From an uncultured Planctomycetaceae bacterium (GTDB lineage Bacteria > Planctomycetota > Planctomycetia > Planctomycetales > Planctomycetaceae): a stretch of DNA of 52,080 bases. The DNA is taken from assembly GCA_963976765.1 (NCBI GenBank), contig CAXBME010000029.1:62001-114080 (forward strand). Reading direction: 5' to 3'. Shown here piece by piece: positions 1 through 9,464 of the stretch. A program made the position numbers and the translations under genes. Under the pieces are notes generated by a model. The model was not told the origin of the DNA. It did not search any database and saw only the letters and a program-made list of their open reading frames with translations. How positions within the stretch are numbered: the first letter of the stretch is position 1; each line of letters starts with the position of its first letter.

Positions 1-400
1 ATACGCCGCCTGTGTCGCCATCAGTACGGCGGCCGCTCAGAAAGAAATGATGCTGCCGTCGGTGATTGGGCTGGTTGTTCCGATTGTCGTGGGGTTGCTG
101 TTGGGGGTTGCTGGCGTTATGGGGATGTTGGCAGGTGGCCTGACGGCCGGATTTGCGGTGGCTATCATGATGGCAAATTCGGGCGGAGCCTGGGACAATG
201 CGAAAAAGTACATCGAGTCCGGGGCTCACGGTGGAAAAGGGACGGAGGCTCACAAGGCGACCGTTGTCGGGGACACAGTGGGTGACCCCTTTAAGGATAC
301 AAGTGGTCCCAGTTTGAATATTCTGATCAAACTTATGAGTATGGTGTCGGTGGTGTTCGCCGGACTGATTGTTAAGTACTGTATCTTCAACTTCTTTTAA
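1..400 (+). CDS. hppA: Membrane-bound Na+/H+-translocating pyrophosphatase, C-terminal part (5' end outside window)
   Basis: Signature motifs [12 protein letters not shown] and [23 protein letters not shown], plus hydrophobic TM helices. Confidence 0.95.
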   Translation, partial: YAACVAISTAAAQKEMMLPSVIGLVVPIVVGLLLGVAGVMGMLAGGLTAGFAVAIMMANSGGAWDNAKKYIESGAHGGKGTEAHKATVVGDTVGDPFKDTSGPSLNILIKLMSMVSVVFAGLIVKYCIFNFF

Positions 401-433
401 GAGTATTCCGTGTCTTCAGGAACCGCCCTCGAT

Positions 434-874
434 ATGTCAGTGACCGAAAACAGTCAGGTCGACGAAAACTTTGAAACCGCAAGGCTGGTCGCTCGAATCG
501 CTGATGATTTCCGCGGGAAAGACATCCTTCTGCTCGACATGCGGTCGATTACGCCCATCGTCGATTTCTTTGTCATCGTAACGGCGACCAGTCAACGGCA
601 GATGAAGGCTTTGGGAGAAGAAGTCGCCCGCGTGATGAAAAAACGCGGCCAGCGGCGACTTGGCGAAGAAGGGGCTGACGGCGACGGGGTCTGGGTGTTG
701 CAGGATTTCGGCGATATCGTCCTGCATGTGTTTTCTCCGGAAGGCCGCGAACTTTATGACCTGGAAGGTCTCTGGGCCGACGCTCCACGACTGGAACTCG
801 AACTTTCGCAGAATTCTGCCGCAGCTGATGAATCCTCAGAAGGTTCCGAGGCGGAAGGCGTGGACGTAGAGTAG
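434..874 (+). CDS. rsfS: Ribosome silencing factor (Iojap/RsfS) with acidic C-tail
   Basis: DI..LDMR...IVDFFVI.TA.S.RQ, WVLQDFGDIVLHVF..E.R.LYDLE.LW.DA; start is ATG 434 or GTG 410. Confidence 0.93.
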   Translation: MSVTENSQVDENFETARLVARIADDFRGKDILLLDMRSITPIVDFFVIVTATSQRQMKALGEEVARVMKKRGQRRLGEEGADGDGVWVLQDFGDIVLHVFSPEGRELYDLEGLWADAPRLELELSQNSAAADESSEGSEAEGVDVE

Positions 875-1100
875 CCCGAGGCCGTTGGCGTTTGATTCAG
901 CCCGCCGACCCAGGCATACCGCCAGGTTCGATGAGTTTGCAGGCTGGAACGAGCACCGCTCAGTTTCCGCTGCAAGGGCCATTCTCTGCCGGAACTGCGT
1001 GGCGATTGTTCCAGCCTGTGGAAACGGCTCATCGGTTCCGTTTACGGGGCGAGCGGGTCGACGATCAACTCAATCAGAAATTACAAACGCGGAAGCTTTC

Positions 1101-3044
1101 ATGAGTGCACTGCAGGAAATTCGAAACCGGTTTGCCCCGGTGCTTGCTGACTTGACCAACGACGTTGATGCATCCTTGAGCATGATTCGTTCGTCGCAGG
1201 ATCCGAAGTTCGGTGACTTTCAGGCCAACTGTGCGATGCCACTGGCAAAGAAGTCTGGCGTCGCGCCGCGCGACCTGGCTCAGCAGATGGTCGATCAGGT
1301 GCAGCTTGATGATTTCTGCGAAACAGTCGAAGTGGCAGGTCCAGGGTTTATTAATCTGAAGCTGCGAACCGACTGGCTGGAGCAACAGGCCAGAGTAATC
1401 GTTGGCGATGATCGGCTCGGTGTGCAGCAGGTCGAGCCGAAGAAGATCGTGATTGACTATTCGTCTCCAAATGTTGCCAAGCCCATGCACGTCGGGCATC
1501 TCCGGAGTTCGGTGATCGGCAACTGTCTCGAACGTGTCCTGCGGTTTCTCGGCCACGATGTGATTTCAGATAATCACATCGGTGATTGGGGAACACAGTT
1601 TGGGATGATCATCTATGGCTATCGTCACTTCGTTGATCAAGCCGCCTATTCCACTGAGCCGGTGACCGAACTGGCTCGACTCTATCGTCTGGTCAATCAG
1701 CTCTCTGACTACCACGACGCCTGCCGAAAGCAGCCAGCACTGGAAGAGCAGATTTCTAACTGTGTGGAGCAGATCGCTCAGCTCGAAAGCTCCGACGAAG
1801 AACCGAAGAAGAAAAAGAAGGCTCTCAAGAAACTGCGAAGCGAGCACGACGGCCTGCAGGAAACGCTGGCTGGCATGCAGTCCAAAAGGGACGCAATCGA
1901 CGGCGATCCTGAACTTCAAAAGCTGGCTGGCGAGCATGCCGACATTGCACGGTTGGCTCGTTTGGAAACGGCAAAGCTGCATTCAGGGGACGAAGAAAAT
2001 CGCGCATTGTGGGACGAGTTTCTACCGGAATGCCTGAAGGCACTCGATCATGTTTATGAAAAGCTGGGCGTGTCTTTTGATAAGACGCTGGGCGAGAGTT
2101 TCTATCAGCCGATGCTGGCTGACGTTGTCGCAGCTTTGAAGGAGAAGGGGCTCGCCACGGACAGTGACGGCGCGATCTGTGTTTTCTCAGAAGGGAACGT
2201 CGCGCCGTTTATCATTCAGAAGTCGGACGGTGCGTTCACGTACGCAACGACCGACCTCGCGACGATCCGGTATCGAGTCGAAGAGTTCGGCACGCAGGTC
2301 ATGCTTTATGTGGTCGATACTCGGCAGAGCGAACACTTCAAGCTTCTGGTGGATACCGCCAGGCGATGGGGCTACGGTGATGTCGAGATTCAGCATGTGA
2401 ATTTCGGGACGGTGCTCGGTGACGATCGGCGACCGTTTAAGACCCGGTCGGGCGATACCGTCGGTCTGGAAAGTCTGCTTGATGAAGCCGTTGCTCGAGC
2501 GTACGACGTCGTTGTCGAGAATGATCCGGCAGGTGATCTCGACGAAGACATCCGACGATCCGTCGCTGAAGCGGTCGGCATTGGCGGAATCAAGTACGCG
2601 GACCTGCATCACAATCGGGAAAGCGACTACGTCTTCAACTGGGATAAGATGCTCGCCAAGAACGGTGACACGGCGACCTACATTCAGTACGCGAATGCCA
2701 GAATTAATGGCATCTTTCGGAAGGGGGACATCGATCTCGCTGACCTTCGTTCAAAGGCCGGGATGTTGCGACTGGAACATGCGTCAGAGCGTGGACTGTT
2801 CCTTCAGGTGCTTTCATTTGGCGACGCTCTTGCTGTTGTGGAGCGGGAGAACCGGCCCAACATGCTGACACAGTTTCTGTTTGATACGGCCAATCGATTC
2901 TCAAGCTTCTACCAGGACTGCCCCGTCTTGAAGGAAGAGGACGAAGCTGTTCGAACAAGCCGGTTGCTTCTGTGTGATCTGACCGCGCGAACGCTGACTC
3001 AGGGGCTGGCGTTGCTGGGGATTGACGCTCCAAAGCAGATGTAG
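1101..3044 (+). CDS. argS: Arginine--tRNA ligase
   Basis: FGDFQAN, DYSSPNVAKPMHVGHLRS (HIGH), NHIGDWGTQFG, FKTRSG, YIQYA.ARI; start moved from ORF 885 to ATG 1101. Confidence 0.97.
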   Translation: MSALQEIRNRFAPVLADLTNDVDASLSMIRSSQDPKFGDFQANCAMPLAKKSGVAPRDLAQQMVDQVQLDDFCETVEVAGPGFINLKLRTDWLEQQARVIVGDDRLGVQQVEPKKIVIDYSSPNVAKPMHVGHLRSSVIGNCLERVLRFLGHDVISDNHIGDWGTQFGMIIYGYRHFVDQAAYSTEPVTELARLYRLVNQLSDYHDACRKQPALEEQISNCVEQIAQLESSDEEPKKKKKALKKLRSEHDGLQETLAGMQSKRDAIDGDPELQKLAGEHADIARLARLETAKLHSGDEENRALWDEFLPECLKALDHVYEKLGVSFDKTLGESFYQPMLADVVAALKEKGLATDSDGAICVFSEGNVAPFIIQKSDGAFTYATTDLATIRYRVEEFGTQVMLYVVDTRQSEHFKLLVDTARRWGYGDVEIQHVNFGTVLGDDRRPFKTRSGDTVGLESLLDEAVARAYDVVVENDPAGDLDEDIRRSVAEAVGIGGIKYADLHHNRESDYVFNWDKMLAKNGDTATYIQYANARINGIFRKGDIDLADLRSKAGMLRLEHASERGLFLQVLSFGDALAVVERENRPNMLTQFLFDTANRFSSFYQDCPVLKEEDEAVRTSRLLLCDLTARTLTQGLALLGIDAPKQM

Positions 3045-3076
3045 TGTGCCTGGCTGTGGCGCACTTCTCATAGGCA

Positions 3077-3838
3077 TCAAGCAGTGTCGGAGATTCGGTC
3101 GGACGAGTACCACTGCAACGGTTCCGGTAATGGCCCAGCAGCGAATTCAAGATGGATGACTCGGCGGCGGGTTGCCTCAGTTGCGCGATGAGACGAGTGC
3201 AGCAGCAGTGGCCTCATCATCACGGCGCCGCCGGAACGGACGCAGCAGATTTGTGGAGTTAGATTCTGCTGAAGAGTTTCAGATTCCAGCATGTTAAGCC
3301 GTGAGCTTTGATGGGAACCCGGCAGCGCTCGCAACGCGCCGTTTGATTCCATGCAGTCGTCAAGATGGAGCCTGACGGTCAGCATTTTCTGCAGGATGCG
3401 CGGCGGAGGCTGAACGTGTTGGATGCCTGCTTTGATCGACCACGGACCAAAGTCAGGAACATCTTCACGCTGCCGGACGGCGATCGAGAGATCCTGATGC
3501 CAGAAGATTCCCCAGTTACTTTCCGGCGACTTGTCGAACATCAGGCCGCGCACAAGAAGTGCCTGTTCGCCGAGTATTGGCTCAACCAGTTGCACAATAC
3601 CAGTGTGGCGGTGCAGCGCCCGGATTTCGGGTACCACTTCCGTCACATTTCGGATGGCGTAAACACCGCCCCGATCTCGCACGGAAGTGCTGTCTTCGTT
3701 GTCTGAAATGGCCAGCCCGATTGCAGCGCGAAGTGTGACGACTTCTTCGAGTGAGAGAACGTTCTCAACGATGGCGACGCCACTTTTCTCGATGTCGTTC
3801 CTGTAGGTTGTCGAGAGTTTCAGCATCGGTCCGGTCAT
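3077..3838 (-). CDS. Phytanoyl-CoA dioxygenase (PhyH)-family Fe(II)/2OG oxygenase
   Basis: WHQD (HxD), HLDD...NGALR.LPGSH, distal His in LLLHSS, RRVIH; ATGA overlap with the upstream gene. Confidence 0.88.
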   Translation of the reverse strand: MTGPMLKLSTTYRNDIEKSGVAIVENVLSLEEVVTLRAAIGLAISDNEDSTSVRDRGGVYAIRNVTEVVPEIRALHRHTGIVQLVEPILGEQALLVRGLMFDKSPESNWGIFWHQDLSIAVRQREDVPDFGPWSIKAGIQHVQPPPRILQKMLTVRLHLDDCMESNGALRALPGSHQSSRLNMLESETLQQNLTPQICCVRSGGAVMMRPLLLHSSHRATEATRRRVIHLEFAAGPLPEPLQWYSSDRISDTA

Positions 3839-5019
3839 TCCTGCTTTGCAGCGCCGCCGTTTCGAATTCCGGAAGAGGAGATGTCTTCGCGAAACCGTTT
3901 TTCGGGAATTGGTGCAAACAGGTCTTGAAGCTCGTTGGGAATTTTCAGGTCACTGACTGACTGAAAACCGAAATCTGTCAGGCGACCGGCCACCAGAAAG
4001 CGGCAACCCAGCGATCCGATGGCTTCCAGTGAATCTCTCATTTCCTGCTCGTTGTCATGGTAGAAACGAGGTTCCAGGATCCTGATGGCGGTGTCGTAGC
4101 CGATGACGAAGGTGATGCCGGGGAAGAGTCTTGCCTTGTCGACAAACAACGGGGCAGTGGACAGCGCCAGTGGAACATCGTCGAACTGGTGGCGTCGTTG
4201 TTCGATTTCGAAGCAGTTGAGTGGAGGCTTGTCTGCGTTGACCAATGAGAGTTCGAAGTGAACGGGGCCGCCGATCAGTTCTTCGGCGACGTATCTGAGG
4301 TTGCGATGTCCGACGTGCAAGGGGTTGAACGACCCAGGTAGAAGTCCTCGCGGCGGTTGGGGAGGTGCCTCGGCGACGTTTCCTCCTGGCAGTGACCAGG
4401 CGATGATCGAATTGTCGGATCGAAGCTGAGCGATGGCTGGCGGAACGGCTTCAAATTCAATGGACACCGTCTCGTCAATTTTCAGGATTGGGAGTGGTGG
4501 CGGTGTCAACCCGCAGGCATCGTTGATGGCGTAAAGCAGCAGGTCTGCGGTGACAGCTTCTTCTTCAAGGCGAGTTCGTCGTCCTTTTGTCAAAGTCAGA
4601 GACACGACGCGACTGCTGATTGCCGATTCTGTCGCAATCCAGATTCGATGTTCGCCCCGTTTGGGACGCGTGCTGACCAGTGATGCCGTGCCGGCAACTC
4701 CCAGGCTGTGGGTCGCGTCGTGATCGGACGACTTCGAAAATCGCACGGCTTTCTGCCAGGCGACCGACGCCATACTCAGTGCGGACTCACGCGAACAGAA
4801 CTGTTGCGGAGTTTGCCCAAGATATTCAGTCAGCGACGCGGCGGAGTAGGGGATTACCAGATCGAGCAGGGTGCTCGACGCTCCGGGCATGGTCAGCAAA
4901 TCGCTGGCGATTCTGCTGCCGCCTCCAGTCAGGCAAAGAGCGAGTCGCCATGGGCTTTGGAAGAGGCTCTGAATGGCATGTTGAGAAGTGGTCACGCGTT
5001 GCGCTCGGCTGATCGACAC
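3835..5019 (-). CDS. CinA/PncC-like domain fused to an HxGH nucleotidyltransferase (NadD-like) domain
   Basis: N-terminal TGGG..IAS.L..PGASS...PYS resembles the CinA C-domain; C-terminal LPGSFNPLHVGH, FVIG.DT, DISSSGIR are cytidylyltransferase-superfamily motifs. Confidence 0.75.
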   Translation of the reverse strand: MSISRAQRVTTSQHAIQSLFQSPWRLALCLTGGGSRIASDLLTMPGASSTLLDLVIPYSAASLTEYLGQTPQQFCSRESALSMASVAWQKAVRFSKSSDHDATHSLGVAGTASLVSTRPKRGEHRIWIATESAISSRVVSLTLTKGRRTRLEEEAVTADLLLYAINDACGLTPPPLPILKIDETVSIEFEAVPPAIAQLRSDNSIIAWSLPGGNVAEAPPQPPRGLLPGSFNPLHVGHRNLRYVAEELIGGPVHFELSLVNADKPPLNCFEIEQRRHQFDDVPLALSTAPLFVDKARLFPGITFVIGYDTAIRILEPRFYHDNEQEMRDSLEAIGSLGCRFLVAGRLTDFGFQSVSDLKIPNELQDLFAPIPEKRFREDISSSGIRNGGAAKQE

Positions 5020-5057
5020 TGGTTGGAATTTTCGTCCGTCTGCGAATTGTGCAGGAC

Positions 5058-7679
5058 TTACTTTGTCGATGCCAGCGCGGCTGATGCTTCGGCCAGGCGA
5101 TGTTTGAAATCGTCGGATGTCGGGTTCGGATAAAGGAGTTGCGTGACCTTCAGCAGCTTTCGAGCATCCTCAAAGTCCTTCAGCTGGATGGCAGTTTCGA
5201 TGACGTGAATTCGCGCGTCCATCCATTCGTCGGAGCCGGCCTTCAAGGTGCCTTCGAGTTTTCGAAACTGAACCTGCGCGTCGGCGATGGCGGTTGGATC
5301 TCCAGTTTGCAGGAGCAGGTCAGCGACTCGACGTCGCATTGCGACGTCTTTGGGATGTTGTCTCAGCAGACGGCTCAAGGTTTCGATGGCTTTTCGGGGC
5401 TGGTCGGTCATTTCGAAAGCGGAAGCGATGACCGTGCCGAAGGTGTCGAGATCTTTGTCGGGTATTGCGGTCAGATTGAAACCTGCAAGTTCTATGGCCG
5501 TCAGTTGAATCGTGCCGACATTTCGGCGTTGATCATCCGACAGGTATTCCGCGACCGAAGAGAGGCCGGACAGAATACCGGTTAATCGAGTTCGGTCGAG
5601 CAGGACGGTTGACTTCAGAAGGTCGGTGGCTGCTTCGGTGTTGCCGCGGCCGGTCAGCGAGACGATTCTCAGGCCAGTCGCGGTTTCAACGATGTCCTGC
5701 GGCAGTGGAGTTTGACGAGGTGGATTGTCCTTCGCTGCGGAAATCAGAATGTGCTGAAGCAGGCCATCGGCAGAATCGAAGTCAGGCTGTTCGAGGCTGA
5801 TCAGGATTCTTGAGGTGCGAATCAGAAAGTCGGCTTCCGAGGCGGTCAGTTCTGTTTGAGCGTTCATCGCCGTCTGGATGTACGGTCTGAGCAGGTCGAC
5901 GATGGCCTGCTCCCACTCGGATCGCGGCTTGTTCAGACGCCTCAACCGGTTGAGGATTGTTTCGGAGCAGCGTGCGATGCCGATCATCGCTTCGTGATAA
6001 CGGGGGTGTTGGTTCGGGACCGAGATGTAAAGTTTCAGGGCCTCAGTCGTTTGCAGACGCTGCTCCTGCAACTGAGCGAGCATCCAGGTGGCTTCCTTGG
6101 CGGTGTCGGATTCGGGAAATGTCAGACGGTGGCGATCAAGGGCTGCCATGTAGGATTCGCGATGTTCGCTGGTCGGCTTATCTCGAAAGAGCATTCCCAG
6201 ACTCCAGGCGGCGAGCAGATCGGCATCGGCAGCTCGTTCTCCCGACGGGGCAAGCGCAGTCACGCGACTGAAGACGCGAGCCGCCTCGGCGTGTTGATTC
6301 TGTTTGAGCAGGATCGATCCGAATGTGTATCCGATTTCGGCGGCCGCCTGGTTCGCTTGTTGTTGTTGAGCCTTTTCAAAAGCCTGAGAGTAACGCTCGG
6401 CAGCGCTGGTAATTTCACCGGAGGAGAACAGCGACTGACCTTCGCGCACGAGTGCCCCGACTTCGGCTCCGTAGGTGTTGCGGCTTTTCTCATCGGCCAG
6501 CAGGTTCTGTGCTCGCGCTGCCCAGTAGCCGTTGCCGGTTGTGATCGCAACCTGAATGGCTCGATGAACTTCCTGCTGAAGCTCGGCGGCCAGTTCCGGA
6601 CGATTCTTTTCGGTGGCGATCTGCGAGAGTCGTAGAAACACTCGCGCCATCAGAAAATTCAACGGGCCGTTCAACTGAGGCCGTGTCACTTGATACTCTC
6701 GAAGAAAATCTGCCGCATCGATAAATCGATCTTCGACGATCAGCAGTTCGACATGCTCAACTGACAAAGCGTCCTGGATCGTTGCTGGTGGCTTGTCACC
6801 GCGAATGGCTTCGACCATGGCCCACGCTGCGGTGGGGTTTCCACGCAGCCTCAACGTAGTGGCGCAGGCAAGCTGACTTTGCCACATCGTCGGATCATTC
6901 ACCGCGATAGCTGCCTGGCGTCTCAGTACTTCGCTGGCTTTGACGAGAGCGTCGGCTCGGTCGGGAGACGGCTCTGGATACAGGCGGGCTTTTTCCAGAA
7001 ACGCCAGACCAAGTCGGAGCTGGATCGCTCGCTGGAGAGACCGGAGCTGGTGCGGCTGCAACCGTTCACCCAGAACGTCAACTTTTCGGCTGCGAGCCTG
7101 TTCGTCAGCCTGCGAGTCAAGTCGCTGCAGCTCTGGAATTGTCGAGTCAGCAAGTTGTCGAGCCTGGTCGATAAGGCTTTTGTCGTAAGGGGCGAGGTCA
7201 ACGCGCCATCGCAGCGCTTCCAGTTGGTAAGCCGCTACAAATGCCAGTTGTGATTCCAGCAGGATTTGTTGAGGATGATTCGGTCGGGCTTCAAGAACTC
7301 GATCAATGACCTGACGAGCCTGTTTGAGAAGTTCAGTCTGGGCGTCAAGCGTCGGAGCGTCCTGCGAGTGCTGAGTCAGTGTTCGAGACAGTTCAACGGC
7401 GTAACGCGTTCTGGTGATCAGGTCGAGATTTGCTTCCGAAATTTTTCGGTGACAGACCGTTTCTGCCAGCGAGTACAAACCGCGAGACCGCAGGCCATCG
7501 AAGTATTGCTCAGTTCGTTGCCATTCTTCGAGGTCGTCGGACTGCTGCGCGAGACATGGCGGCGTTGTACTGAGGCAAACCAGTGTCAGGGCCATCACGA
7601 CGAGACGAAACAGTCGCGTTGACGCGTGCTGATGTTGCCATCGGTTGGGTGGGCAGGTTGTGATACATCGGCGTGACAT
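5058..7679 (-). CDS. Large secreted TPR/alpha-solenoid protein
   Basis: Hydrophobic signal-like segment (LVVMALTLVCLSTTPPCLA) followed by repeated TPR-like helical pairs; true start may be slightly downstream. Confidence 0.72.
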   Translation of the reverse strand: MSRRCITTCPPNRWQHQHASTRLFRLVVMALTLVCLSTTPPCLAQQSDDLEEWQRTEQYFDGLRSRGLYSLAETVCHRKISEANLDLITRTRYAVELSRTLTQHSQDAPTLDAQTELLKQARQVIDRVLEARPNHPQQILLESQLAFVAAYQLEALRWRVDLAPYDKSLIDQARQLADSTIPELQRLDSQADEQARSRKVDVLGERLQPHQLRSLQRAIQLRLGLAFLEKARLYPEPSPDRADALVKASEVLRRQAAIAVNDPTMWQSQLACATTLRLRGNPTAAWAMVEAIRGDKPPATIQDALSVEHVELLIVEDRFIDAADFLREYQVTRPQLNGPLNFLMARVFLRLSQIATEKNRPELAAELQQEVHRAIQVAITTGNGYWAARAQNLLADEKSRNTYGAEVGALVREGQSLFSSGEITSAAERYSQAFEKAQQQQANQAAAEIGYTFGSILLKQNQHAEAARVFSRVTALAPSGERAADADLLAAWSLGMLFRDKPTSEHRESYMAALDRHRLTFPESDTAKEATWMLAQLQEQRLQTTEALKLYISVPNQHPRYHEAMIGIARCSETILNRLRRLNKPRSEWEQAIVDLLRPYIQTAMNAQTELTASEADFLIRTSRILISLEQPDFDSADGLLQHILISAAKDNPPRQTPLPQDIVETATGLRIVSLTGRGNTEAATDLLKSTVLLDRTRLTGILSGLSSVAEYLSDDQRRNVGTIQLTAIELAGFNLTAIPDKDLDTFGTVIASAFEMTDQPRKAIETLSRLLRQHPKDVAMRRRVADLLLQTGDPTAIADAQVQFRKLEGTLKAGSDEWMDARIHVIETAIQLKDFEDARKLLKVTQLLYPNPTSDDFKHRLAEASAALASTK

Positions 7680-7864
7680 GTTCGCCGCTGGCTTTCATCG
7701 TGAGGCCGGAGTTGTGGATGTCTGGTATGAGGCTGATCAGGTTTGAGCTGAAAATGCCGCAACACAGTTGTTCGTTTGAGCCGGGCCAGGAGTTTATCGT
7801 ACGCGGTCAAACGTTGGAGTACCGTTTTACCGAGGAGTCCCCTCAATGTTTTGCTCAATGACTG

Positions 7865-9277
7865 GTGGGTGAATCTGTGACAGAATCAGAGATCAAACCG
7901 GATCGCCGCTGGGTGGTGCGAGCTGTTGTGCTGGCTTGCCTGGTTGTGCTGCCTTACCTCGTTCATCAGGTGTATGTTTCCTGGACGGGGCTTCCGGCAA
8001 AGATTCGGATAGCGACCGGGACTGCGGGAGGCCGATATCGGGCGGTCGCTGATGCACTTGGCGAAGAGCTTGCTGCTCGAAGCGGTGTGCCGGTTGAGAT
8101 GGTTGAAACCCGGGGCTCGATTGAGAATCTTGACCTGCTGGAACAAGGTGAGCTGGAGCTGGCGTTGTTTCAGCCGGAAGCGGTCAGTCAGGATTCCGGC
8201 GACCACTCGATGATTCGGTCTGCGGGTAATGTCTTTTCGGAAATCGTTGTCGTGCTTGCCCGGCGAGGATCGAAAATCACCTCGGCTTTCGATCTGAAAG
8301 GCAAACGAGTTTCGATCGGAGTGACAGAATCCGGTGACCGGGCGATGGCGGAAATACTGCTCGCGCATTGTGGCTTTGAGGTCGAAGACGTTGAGTCAGA
8401 AGATTTTGACTACGGACTTATTGAAAAGGGCTTTCGGGAATCAACGCTGGACGCTGCGATCGTCACGGTTGGACTCGATGCCGAGTTTCTTCGGGCGATC
8501 GCTCGGGACGGTCTGGCGGACGTCATTGAAGTTCCGTTTGCCGACGCGCTGACGGCAAAGCACCTGGGGACGCAGACGGTCGAAATTCCAGCGGGCAGTT
8601 TCTGCACGTCGCCGGTGCCCGTTCCAACGGAGTCGGTCAGTAGCGTTGGCGTTCGAAGTCAGCTGCTGACAACCATCGAGGTGTCCGACGCTTTGATCGA
8701 ACTGGTCGATGAGGTATTGATGGATCAGCGGTTTCAGCGGACCAATCGCTTGCGGGAACTGTTCGCGGAAGGCCAGTCGTTTGCCACGATGCGAACGCTG
8801 TTTCCAATGCACGACGGAGCGGTTCATTACTTCGAGCCGGAACTGAAACCGTTGCTTTCGGCAGATTTTGTCGAGGCGACTGAAGGGTTGCGGTCCTTTG
8901 TCGTCTCGATGCTGTTTGCCGGCTGGCTCGTCTGGCGATGGCTTCGTGAAAACCGCATTCGGCAGCAGGAACATCGGCTGGATCGATTCATTCGGCAGTT
9001 GCTCGATATTGAACGCCGGCAGATGGATCTTGATCAGACGGCTGCGGGAGATGACTCAGGGAAATTGAATGACCTGCTTGATGAAGTGACTCGTCTGCGA
9101 CAGGAAGCTCTCGGCACCTTGAATTCGCACGAGCTGCACGAGGATCCAGCCGCCGGAGTCTTTATTGAAATGTGCCATGCGCTCTCAGACAAGATCAACG
9201 CCAAGTTGAACCGGCAGCGGCTCGACATGCAGTTTCAGACGCTGGCAGCTCAATTGAGTCAAAAGTCGGACGAGTGA
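7865..9277 (+). CDS. TAXI-family solute-binding domain protein with N- and C-terminal TM helices and a helical C-terminal tail
   Basis: IATG..GGRY, ETRGSIENL.LL..G..ELA..Q, DLKGKRVSIG...SG, PMHDGA..YF; second TM LRSFVVSMLFAGWLVWRW. Confidence 0.85.
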   Translation: MGESVTESEIKPDRRWVVRAVVLACLVVLPYLVHQVYVSWTGLPAKIRIATGTAGGRYRAVADALGEELAARSGVPVEMVETRGSIENLDLLEQGELELALFQPEAVSQDSGDHSMIRSAGNVFSEIVVVLARRGSKITSAFDLKGKRVSIGVTESGDRAMAEILLAHCGFEVEDVESEDFDYGLIEKGFRESTLDAAIVTVGLDAEFLRAIARDGLADVIEVPFADALTAKHLGTQTVEIPAGSFCTSPVPVPTESVSSVGVRSQLLTTIEVSDALIELVDEVLMDQRFQRTNRLRELFAEGQSFATMRTLFPMHDGAVHYFEPELKPLLSADFVEATEGLRSFVVSMLFAGWLVWRWLRENRIRQQEHRLDRFIRQLLDIERRQMDLDQTAAGDDSGKLNDLLDEVTRLRQEALGTLNSHELHEDPAAGVFIEMCHALSDKINAKLNRQRLDMQFQTLAAQLSQKSDE

Positions 9278-9373
9278 CGGAGCACTGATTCTTCACTGAT
9301 TGACGCTAATGAATTTGGGATTAACGTTAGTAAGTCAATGTCGAGGCGGAGTTCCCACCCGTTGGCTTGCACG

Positions 9374-9409
9374 AAAAAGCCCCGGAGACGTTGATCGGTC
9401 TACCGGGGC
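9374..9409 (-). terminator. Rho-independent terminator downstream of the RTX gene
   Basis: Hairpin gccccgg-agac/gtct-a-ccggggc followed on the minus strand by T5 (aaaaa at 9374-9378 on +), about 55 nt after the 9465 stop. Confidence 0.75.
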
Positions 9410-9464
9410 CTGTGTGCGTCAGAGTTGCTCTGAGCTTTTTCGCTACAGTTTGCAGCCGGCTCAG

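Noticed and set aside
1..400. Assigning Na+ versus H+ specificity or K+ dependence to hppA
   Set aside because: The determinant residues lie upstream of the window
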